Source: Chrysomallon squamiferum
Taxonomy: Eukaryota; Animalia; Mollusca
Reading direction: 5' to 3'
Length of the DNA stretch: 64,000 bases
Assembly: GCA_012295275.1 (NCBI GenBank)
Contig: CM022671.1
Coordinates: forward strand, 32,240,001 to 32,304,000
Under the pieces are notes generated by a model. That model saw nothing but the letters and a program-made list of their open reading frames with translations. It had not been told where the DNA came from and searched no databases. This document shows, one piece after another, positions 53,762 through 64,000 of this stretch (the stretch's first letter is position 1; each line of letters opens with the position of its first letter). The translations under genes and the position numbers were made by a program.

Positions 53762-54337
53762 AATATTATATTTCTCAAACCATTTTATCTATTAAACTAT
53801 AAAGAAGAAGAAAACAAGTCTGCTACTACTACTATCCTGCCAATATGGTTTTAACGTAACTATATATTTTTTTAAATTACTACACCGCAAAATCAGTAGT
53901 TACTACTGCAACAACTACTACTCTTTCTATTATTAACATTATTACCACCACTACTACCACTATTGACAGTTCCTATTAGTTCTGCTACAGTTTACCACTA
54001 CTACAACAACTACAACTACTACGATTCTACCAAAATTAACATTTTAACAACAATTTTCAATACCACTACTGCGTCTGCTATTGCTACTACTCTACTACTT
54101 CTATTTCTACTACAACTACTACTGCTGTTGCTACCTCTATTACCACTACAACAACAACAACAACAACAACTACTACTACTACCACTACTGCTACTGCTGT
54201 TACCACTATTACTACTACTACTACTACTGCTAATACGACTACTACTGCTGCTACCACTATTACTACTACAACAACTACTACTACTGCTAATACGACTACT
54301 ACTGCTGCTACCACTATTACTACTACTACTACTACTG

Positions 54338-54372
<35 letters not shown>

Positions 54373-55459
54373 GCTAATACGACTACTACTGCTGCTACCA
54401 CTGACTCATACTATCAGTTCTACTACAGTTACAATTATAACAATAACTATCACTGCCACGCTATTATCACTGATGTTTACATCACCAAAACCAGTGCTAC
54501 AACAACAACAAGTGCGGTATTCATTATCACAGACTCACGTTACAAGCTGTTCTTCAGAAAGCTTGAATGTCGCCTTGTTAGTGAAACTGTCGTAGTTGTT
54601 GTAAACCACGTCAATCCACCTGTACGTGGTGTTGAGGTCAGAGAGGCTGTTGACGATGTGAGCGCCCTGGTGAATGATAATAAAACTAATTTAATATATG
54701 TGTGTGTGTATGTAGATATATATACACACACATCACACGATACATACATACTTTCATGTATTCATACATACATACACATATACATATATACATACATACA
54801 TATACACGCATATATGATGCATACATACATACATACATACACGCATATATGATGCATACATACATACATACATACACGCATACATACATATATACATACA
54901 TACATACATACATACACACATACATATATACATACATACATACACACGCATATATGATGCATACATACATACATAAATACATACACGCGTACATACATAC
55001 ATACATACATACATTCATACATACATACATACATTCATGCATGCATACATACATACATAGATACATACATACATACATTCAACAGAAAGACAGACAGACA
55101 TGCAGACAGGCAACGAATAGGCAATCACACGCATACGCACACGCACAAATACGCCTGCATAATATATCGTTTATTACCCCTACCTTGGCACTACCGAAAG
55201 CTATTCTGTGATACGGCAGTGGGAAAATATGTGACGTCAGACGAACGGTTTTGGGTCCGTAATGGTCGGCAACGTTAATGAGACTGGGGAGAGCATGTTT
55301 GCTGCCCGGACATGCAAGATCGAGGTAAGCGTCCAGATGAACGGGGGCTTCTGCGCTTCCACGTGCATACACGAAACCAACCTCCCTTTTAGGTATCGGC
55401 ATGTATGCTGTGACGTCACTGATAGAATAACACAGTAACAGAGCCAATACTTTGTACAT
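49549..55459 (-). CDS. Secreted DsbA/Thioredoxin_4-like protein, copy 1 (214 aa, CPGS active-site motif). Exons 55459-55184, 54666-54539, 50137-50022, 49673-49549
   Basis: Signal peptide MYKVLALLLCYSISDVTA; motifs IPKR.GFVY, AYLDLACPGS, FPLPYH, TRVAWKYGCSRGVTGTPTF and W.QLIDPLL resemble the eukaryotic DsbA-like family that includes plant At1g20225/At1g76020-type proteins (recalled). GT-AG phases 0, 2, 1 are consistent. Confidence 0.9.
53675..53757. repeat. (TC)n microsatellite
   Basis: Directly visible; the equivalent at 63593-63887 has expanded into TC runs separated by a duplicated ~90-bp spacer. Confidence 0.95.
54080..54400. repeat. Compound (CTA/CTG/CAA)n trinucleotide repeat
   Basis: Directly visible; source of the poly-L and poly-V ORFs. 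Confidence 0.9.
54740..55080. repeat. (CATA)n repeat with a higher-order cacgcatatatgatg unit, filling thioredoxin intron 1
   Basis: Directly visible. Confidence 0.9.
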
Positions 55460-55575
55460 TTTGTTTTTATATCTAAAAGTTTCAGCGTGTACGGTGAGAC
55501 AAAGATTAGTGACACGAAAACGTACAACAATGGACTTTAACACTCAGGGTGGATAACTGTATCAGGTGACATTTT

Positions 55576-55584
55576 TCACGTGAC
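55576..55584. promoter_or_regulatory. E-box TCACGTGAC (CLEAR/USF-type) ~120 bp upstream of the thioredoxin-like ATG
   Basis: Exact motif in a proximal-promoter position; variant tcaggtgac at 55562-55570. Confidence 0.4.
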
Positions 55585-56022
55585 CATGACTAAGCTTTTC
55601 ACAGGTATATTAAGGGACGATTCAAAATAACAGTTGGTAGGGGTATGCTTATTAATTATAAATGTGTATACTAAATACATATATGATATATGAATCTGTG
55701 AATATATGTGTACATGTGAATATTATATATAAATTATAGACATGTATGTATCTATGAATGTATGTGAGAATGAATGTATGCTAAGGCGTGTGAATGTTGT
55801 TGTTGTTTTTCGTTTTTTCTTCTTGTTGTTTTTTTTTTTTTTTTTTTTTTTTGCGTGCGTTTCTTTGTATGGATACTTGGATAAATGGATATGTAGATCT
55901 ATAAGAATGAACAAATGCATTATTATATGAAATGCGCACTAATTGTTACTCATGAATATGATAGAATTATCACACTTAGAGGATGAGTCTCTTCTTAAAA
56001 TTAATGCACGGACTGAGACAAA

Positions 56023-56061
<39 letters not shown>

Positions 56062-56908
56062 CCAGAAAGAAAAACAAATGTACGATATAAAGATACGACG
56101 ATAATACATAGGATGACGTTGTTTTCCTTTTACAATTACTATGATCATCACCACCACTATTACTACTTCAACTACTCCAACAACAGCTACTAATATTACT
56201 ACTATTACCACCACTACCACTGCTGATATTACTACTACTACTACAACAACCATTACTACTACAACAACCCCTACTACTCCTAATATTATTACTATTATTG
56301 TTATTTATGTTGTTATGATTGTTATTTTTATTGTTGATGTTATTATTACTGGATAACATTATTATGGGCTGTTTTGTTGTAGTTGTTATAATATATTATA
56401 ATTATTATGTCTGTTATATAATTAACACTGTATGCCAAACAAATTAAGTGCAGGTTTGAAGTTATCAGTTACAAGTGAGGTATGTTTTATTTTTGTAGAA
56501 TGTCAAGAACTGAACACTATATGATCATTGTTGAAAAACTGTGTAATAAAATATATATCATCAGTATTATATACAAGTATCTGTATGTATATATATACAT
56601 CCATATGTATTTGTATGTATATATGTATGTGTGTGTGCATGTTGTTATTTACATCAGAGGAACTGATTCATGTTATCATTTTTATTCTTATTATTTCAGT
56701 TTGCCAAAAAATCACTTTTACTCAATGGAAATGAATGTAATATTTTTTCTGAAACTGTAATTATTAATGAGATTAGAGGAACCTAAATTTTTAGGCTTTA
56801 AAATCAGAACACAAGAGCAAACTGGTTATATTTTATTACAGTCGGTATGTCACACGCAGTAACATTTTATTCACTGTAATGTCTTTACTTTAGCATTCAG
56901 CCAGTCCA

Positions 56909-57173
56909 TCATCGAGGTGTTGTGTAGTCTGAAAAAACAATTAAAAAAACCAGTTAAAAAACAAACAACCAAAATTTTTTTTAAATTATTTAAAAAAAAT
57001 TTAAATTAAAATAAAAAACTTTAACAAAATCCCCCAGTAATTTTACTGTATGTTTTTACCACTAGAACTACTATCATTACCACTACTACAGTCACTACTA
57101 ATAATAACACAACCACTGCCATTACCACTACCACTACTACAAAAACCACTTCCACTACCACTACAACAACAGA

Positions 57174-57205
<32 letters not shown>

Positions 57206-57539
57206 TTATTATTATTATTATTATTATTATCATTATTTTTGTTGTTGCTACAGTTATTGTCATTGTTATTGTTGTTATAGTTATTGTGTTGTTGTTGTTT
57301 TTGTTCTTGGCCTTGGTAGGAGAAGTTGTCGTCGAAACCGGCAGAGCTGAAATTGTCACTATATGGCAAATACAGAACACAGACACACTCAAACACACAG
57401 ACACACACACAAACACACACACACACCTACGTACCTACCTACATACATACATATTCAAAAATATGCAAGAAAATGTCTTTAAAATAAGAAAAATAATAAT
57501 ATAATTAACGTAAAACTTTTGTTCTTGTTATTGTTACTG

Positions 57540-57572
<33 letters not shown>

Positions 57573-58516
57573 CATTATTTGTATCGTTGCTACCGTTATT
57601 GTCATTGTTATTGTTGTAGTTATTGTGTTGTTGTTGTTGTTGTTTTTGTTGTTGTTGTTGTTTATTATTATTATTACTGTAGTACCAGGGTAAAGTTCGG
57701 CACACATTGGGTTGTAGTGTTTTCTGCAGCATTCTGATGACAGCACAGGTTCAAATGGCGCCCACTGCCCTTCATTACAGAAGTAGATGGAACAGTTTCT
57801 CGTGGCGGATTCTCCCGGTGTACACTCAGTCGTGGTGGTAGGTGGGCCTTGGTTGGTAGGAAGAGTTGTCGTGGAAACCGGCAAAGCTGAAATTATAGTT
57901 TAAATATTCTCACAATATGACAAATGCAGAACACACAAACAAACATACACACACAGACATCTACTTATATACATACATACATACATACATGCATACATAT
58001 ATATATATATATATATATATACAAAAATATGGAAGAAAATGTTTTTAAAATAAGAAGAAAAAAATAACGTAAGATTTCAGTTACCTGCCATAAATCGCTG
58101 TAATGCTCATCAAGTAAGATTAATCAAACAAAACTAATCACAAGCTTGCAAGAGTTGTTTCTTAGATTAATCTTAATCCATTTATTTCTTTGTTTGTTTG
58201 TTTGTTGCCTTGTTTGTTTGTACATTTATTTATTTATTTATTTATTAATTTTTTCAATAATTATTATGTGATTAAAGATTAGAACTTTAAACCATTATTA
58301 CAAAAAAATACTAGTGGTTTCTTATTGCTACAAGCAAAAAATTTTATCTATTTTATTACGACTATATTATGACAAATACTCAACAGTAGTTTGCAAAATG
58401 AAAAAACCGAGCACAAAACTTATTACAACTGCGGCAGCCATTTTGAATTTATTGATAAGAACGTGTAAATCACCCAGTTATTTCTATTGTACCTTAGAAC
58501 TTAGTTCTAGATCTTT

Positions 58517-58564
<48 letters not shown>

Positions 58565-59062
58565 CTATTATCTCTAAATCTATTTTATTGAATATGAAAT
58601 CGACCTAATTAATTTTGTTCAAAAATATATTTAAATTTCTTACGAATTCAAGCTTGCAAGAGTTGTGTTTCTTAGATTAATCTTTTTCTATTTATTTATT
58701 TATTTATTTATTTGTTTATTTGTTTGTTTGTTTGTTTGACTGTTTGTTTGTTTATTTGTTCAATAATCATTAAATTAATTAATTAATTATTATTATTATT
58801 TATGAAATTCTCATACAAAAAGACAGGTCATTTCATCTTACAAAATGGGATCAATGGTGTAAAATGTGAAAGAGAGAGTGAAAAAATATTGTCACGAAAG
58901 ATTAGAAATTAAACCATTATTACAAAGAAACACTAGTGTTTCTTATTGCTACAAGCAAATGATTTTATCTATTTTATTACGACTATATTATGACAAATAC
59001 TCACCAGCAGTTTGCAAAATGAAAAAACCGAGCACAAAACTTACTGCAACTGCCGCAGCCAT
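56909..59062 (-). CDS. Secreted 6-Cys peptide precursor, copy B (92 aa): MAAAVAVSFVLGFFILQTAA-LPVSTTTLPTNQGPPTTTTECTPGESATRNCSIYFCNEGQWAPFEPVLSSECCRKHYNPMCAELYPDYTTPR*. Exons 59062-59005, 57886-57686, 56928-56909
   Basis: Same exon structure, phases and Cys spacing as copy A; ORF 57534-57884 covers the Cys exon. Confidence 0.78.
57300..57346 (-). pseudogene. Truncated duplicate of the peptide exon 2 (ALPVSTTTSPTK..., Cys core deleted)
   Basis: Same tttcag acceptor and first ~11 codons as exon 57886, then runs directly into the flanking microsatellite block. Confidence 0.65.
58384..58441 (-). pseudogene. Extra copy of the peptide signal exon with a dead splice donor (MAAAVVISFVLGFFILQTT)
   Basis: Near-identical to exons 48783-48726 and 59062-59005, but the donor reads TTGAGT instead of GTGAGT. 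Confidence 0.7.
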
Positions 59063-59131
59063 TTTGAATTTATTGATAAGAACGTGTAAATGACCCAGTT
59101 ATTTCTATTGTACCTTAGAAGTTAGTTCAAG

Positions 59132-59187
<56 letters not shown>

Positions 59188-60168
59188 TAAAAAACCAAAA
59201 CAAACAATGTTACAGTTACAGATACTATGTGTCTCAAGACAGACAATGACCATAAGAAGAATACAAATAATACTGATGATGATGAAAATGTACTGGGGAA
59301 AAAAAAATTGGTCTAAATTGTTTTATTGAATACGAAATCGACATGATTAATTTTGTTCAAAAATATATTTAAATTTCTTACGAATTCAAACTGTTGTAAT
59401 TTTCAAATCATCCATTTTAGTTTATCAGTTATTATTATTGTTTTTGCTTTTGTTGTCACCATTATCGTTTCTATTGTTATTCTTCTCGTCATCGCCGTGT
59501 TGTTGTTGTTGTTGTTGTTGTTATTATTATTATTATTATTGTTATTATTATTATTATTGTTGTTTTTATTATTTTTATTATTTCTGTTTTTGAACAGTTA
59601 TATGATCAATATAGCACACATTGAACTAAACGGTTATAATAATAGTAGTAATAGGAGTAATAACAACAATAACGATGATGATGGTAATGATGACACAACA
59701 ACAAAACCAAGAAGAAGAAGAAGAAGAAGAAGAAGAAAATATTTTAGATTTTGAAACAAAGACAATTTCAATATACTTATTATACACTGCATATTTTTAT
59801 CTGACACCATTTCTCCAGACTTGGATTTCTGTGTGAATAATAAATGAAAAGAAGCTAGAGAGTAAAACGCTTTGAATATTTTATTTATTACTTACAATAA
59901 TAACATACAGCGATATCTAACATACACATTATTAACAAAGGTTTTATACATACAAACATTTATACATACATACATTCGTAAGTACATACATAGGTACATA
60001 CATACATACATACATAAATACACACACACACACACACATACATACATACATAAATAAATACACACACATACATACATACGTATATATATATATATATATA
60101 GATAGATATATATTTAGATGACGCATATAGAGTGATCACGGACAATGCAGTTTTAAGCTGAGTTTAAA

Positions 60169-60315
60169 TTAAACGTGTTTTCTGCTTCCTAACAAAGGAT
60201 CGATCAGTTGTTTCCACTGTTTAAGATCCCAGGACGGATCTGCATCAACGACAACATCGTTCAAAATGAACGTCGGGGTTCCTGTTACTCTTCCTGTTAA
60301 AAACAATATATATGT

Positions 60316-60354
<39 letters not shown>

Positions 60355-60750
60355 TTTTTGAAATATAATTGAAAACAATATATGTTTTTACTATGTAATT
60401 TATAACAATGTTCAAAGTAACATGCTTATTGTACATTTTCAAATATCCGTATTCTAAATCCATCCACTTCATGTTCTGCATCCTAATCAGTTTGTTATTA
60501 TTTTATTATCAGCAAAGTTTGTTGACAGTGATTTTTAAAACTTACTGGAAATATATTTAGGATATTTGGGCACACCACCAAAGACTTTGCATTCGCTTCA
60601 GTATAGAAAACATAATTATAAATATAACACTCACTGCTACATCCGTATTTCCAGGCCACTCTCGTGTCTTCCTCCAGTGATTCATCAGAATAAAGTTCAA
60701 TAAATTTGGATTTAGAAATACCCAAACTTGAAGCCAGACCAGCAAATTTC
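60169..60750 (-). CDS. DsbA/Thioredoxin_4-like protein copy 2, exons 3-4 only (60750-60635, 60293-60169); exons 1-2 expected just beyond 64000
   Basis: 5 nt differences from copy 1 over 241 nt; splice sites and stop intact. Confidence 0.82.
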
Positions 60751-61098
60751 CTGATGAAAAACAAAATAAATTTTTGTAATTTGTTTAAAATATTGTTCAA
60801 AGTGCGGATATTACATTCAAAAAATTAAAATACTAAAAGCTGTAATAATTATATAGACAAACATCGACATACCAATGAACATGCATACATACATACACAT
60901 GTACGTTTCAGAGAATATTTTATGGATATCAAACATATTTACATTCACCTCTTTTCTTCTTTGTTTTGTCTGAAAACTGAATTTCGAATAGTTTATCTAA
61001 AAGGTTATTCAAAAAAGATTTCTAAAATCCTTTAATTCGCAAAAAAGAAACAACAAACAAAAATCAAGCAAACAAAAGCAACAAACAAACAAACAATA

Positions 61099-61172
<74 letters not shown>

Positions 61173-61498
61173 TAACAATAATGATAATTAAAAATTAAAA
61201 AACCAGATACTTTGTCATTGGCCTGTGTCCTAAGAGAGACAATGACCATAAGAAGAATGCAAATGATATCCATGATGAAGATGATGAAAATATACTATGG
61301 AAAAAAATGTGTTTATATTTTAAGAATGTAAAAAAGAAACATCATAAATGTAATAACAGTCAAAAACGAAAGAAGCAGAAATTTTTATAATAATAATAAT
61401 TCGACAAACAAAAACAACGAAAACAGCAGTAATAATAATATTTAACAATAAGAATAAAAAACAGTTAGAAAAATGAATGCAATCACAACTACAACAGC

Positions 61499-61571
<73 letters not shown>

Positions 61572-63688
61572 TCAGCAATTATATTCATCACCATGCAATA
61601 TAATTATTATTAATCTTGAAACTTCCCCAGCTTAAAAAACATTTACTTTCGTATCTGTGATTCAGTTTAATCTTTAACTAATTTACATCACATCTAACAG
61701 ACAGCTAAGTCCAGGTTAATAGCAAATTAATTTATATTGACAAGCAGAAACTCGTTTATTAATCTGATATAGCGGGGTAATATTAGGTCTTCTGAGCGAT
61801 TGTTTCGGATGATGGCCGAACGTGCAAGACGAAATTAGACGCACATGCGCACATTGGATTATGTCGCTTTCAGAAAATAATAAAATATTTATAGGGTTTC
61901 AGTTCAGTGTATTACTGATTTTCATCAGTTTGGTCGAGTTACGGTACAGAGAATAGAATTGGAATAGACCGATATTTGGTTTAGCCTCATAAAGAGCGAA
62001 AACCAGTCCAAGAGAGCAGACGACTTGCAGTTAATTTCGCGGGAAGCCAATTTGTCGTTTAGAAAAGAGAAAAATACCCAAACATCTGTGATTGACCAAA
62101 AAATAAATTATATCAAAAGTGATTTAAAAAAACAACAACAATAAAACAAATGCACGCACACACGCGCAGACATATACAGATAAATCCCACCCCCACTAAA
62201 TAAATAAATAACTGAATAAATAAATAAAAATAAATAAATTTCATATATTTAAAGAAATCTTTCTTTTTAATTGATATATATACTAAATTCAATACAGCAA
62301 TCAATACAGCTAAATATAGATAAAATCTAAATATATCCGTAAGTAACATATCTGTTATATAACTATAAAAAAAAAAAAAAAAAAATAATATATATATAAA
62401 TAAATAAATGAAAACAAAAGGAAATATCATTACATTACAAAGGAAATATTCAGCACCTATTTATGTTGTGAAATCGCTGAAACCAAATAAATATTTTCTT
62501 TTCTTTTCTTTTTTCTTTTTCAAGTTAAAAAAAATAAATATAAAAAATAAACAGTAAATAAATAGCTTCAGATGTAATTTAGATCACAGCGGTGGGATTC
62601 ATAATAATGTACAGAAAATTACAGAGATAACTGAATTCTGAGGAAATGCGTCGAACAGACACACACACACACACAGACATTTGTTTATTTGTTTATCAAA
62701 TACTTTGTTAGGTGAACGCTAAAGATCCTTCACTGTTAAAATCTATGAGGGTAACTTATGACTACTACTACTACTAAATACTAAAGTACTTCTATTAAAT
62801 GCATGTATTACTGAAACAACAACTACAACTACAATTTCTACTACCAGTACTACTACTACAGCTATTACTACTTGCACGCGTTCTGATTTCCTCGTAAAAT
62901 AAGTGTAGTATTCTTGGTATTATTTACTGCAAATAACTGCATTGTTACGTGGGTCACATCTGTGCTAGAGATTACATCTACGTATTGCATAATCGAAATA
63001 CAGACACGTTTCTATTCTGTAAAAGGTTTTTCTTAATTTTAATGTTTGTTGTTTTGTATATTACTGTTAGTCGAGATGTTTCTTTTTCGTTTCGTTTTCA
63101 TCTTCTGTTTTTCACTGGCAGTCGATTTACTGTTAATGAAAATAGAGTCAGTATATTTAAAACATGTTGTGTGTGTTGTGTACGAGTGGCTATGTATACA
63201 AACAGTTAAAACCAGGTTTATATTTATCCGCCAATGCGCCAGAACCGGTTTATCACAGGTCATATTATGTTTTCCTGTCAGTGGGAAGGAAAATATAACA
63301 GATAGTTTGCAGCTGATACAGAAAGAGTAGGGTTTTTTCTGTGATTATCTGTATTGTTCTCTGACATGTGTATGACACATAAGTATAATTTATAACTGTG
63401 AATTGGTAACGTGCTGTGTTCATCATTAAAATAATATTTCTTCCTATCTTCCGAGTGCATGTTTCATTTTGTTACTGTCAAATAATATCTGTGATGGTGA
63501 CAGTAATCTAACTCATAAAACCTTGTAAGTTATAAAAACCAGGAACGAATAAAAAATCTAACGAGACGAGCGTGTCTTTCAGTATTTTAGAATCTCTCTC
63601 TCTCTCTCTTTACCTATGTCTTTCTCTCTATCTCTTCATGTGTATGCATGTTTGTGAATATATTTACTGATATAAAGAAAAGGTCTTT

Positions 63689-63744
<56 letters not shown>

Positions 63745-63821
63745 CTCTATGTCTTTCTCTCTATCTCTTCATGTGTATGCATGTTTGTGAATATATTTAC
63801 TGATATAAAGAAAAGGTCTTT

Positions 63822-63891
<70 letters not shown>

Positions 63892-64000
63892 AACATTATA
63901 TTTCTCAAACCATTTTATCTATTAAACTATAAAGAAGAAGAAAACAAATCTGCTACTACTACTATCCTGCCAATATATTTTTAAATTACTACACCGCAAA

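Larger units (their letters stand above)
47049..56400. repeat. Tandem segmental duplication, unit 1 (~9.35 kb; peptide A plus thioredoxin copy 1)
   Basis: 47049 attattatgtctgttatataat matches 56401; colinear matches continue to 53881-53891 = 63990-64000. Confidence 0.9.
56401..64000. repeat. Tandem segmental duplication, unit 2 (continues past the window end; has internal duplications and deletions)
   Basis: High identity to 47049-53891; extra copies of the signal exon and exon 2; lacks ~51690-52740. Confidence 0.9.

Noticed and set aside
53963-55211. Long ORFs (poly-L 210 aa, YIHT/MYVC repeats)
   Set aside because: Translations of (CTA)n and (CATA)n microsatellites in thioredoxin introns.
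55460-55543. 28-aa N-terminal extension of ORF 55079-55543
   Set aside because: Begins at a non-ATG codon; ATG 55459 (aaaATG) directly precedes the signal peptide.
58085-58150. Apparent donor gcag|gtaact as the first exon of peptide B
   Set aside because: No open signal-peptide frame in the required phase and not retained in copy A; the exon at 59062-59005 fits properly.

Overview
AT-rich, microsatellite-rich animal genomic DNA, most likely a mollusc or other lophotrochozoan (inference). 1-42.4 kb (+) holds the 3' part of an AUTS2/FBRSL1/Tay-family gene. Twelve spliced coding exons, reconstructed by hand with consistent GT-AG phases, encode about 950 C-terminal residues and end at TGA 38660, followed by a probable ~3.7 kb 3'UTR; the 5' exons lie upstream of the window. 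One intron contains a ~380-nt nested hairpin rich in G-U pairs. 47.05-64 kb is a tandem duplication of a ~9.4-10 kb minus-strand cassette with two tightly linked genes: (i) a 4-exon secreted DsbA/Thioredoxin_4-like protein with a CxxS motif (214 aa) and (ii) about 0.8 kb downstream, a 3-exon gene for a small secreted 6-Cys peptide (signal peptide, Thr/Pro linker, C-C-C-CC-C domain) that the ORF track does not resolve as a gene. The two peptide copies differ at about half of the Cys-domain residues with almost no synonymous change, while the neighbouring thioredoxin exons are ~98% identical. This is the signature expected of a diversifying toxin/antimicrobial/recognition peptide. Two MITEs, SINE-like remnants, minisatellites and many microsatellites are also present. 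Most ORF-track entries are low-complexity artefacts.
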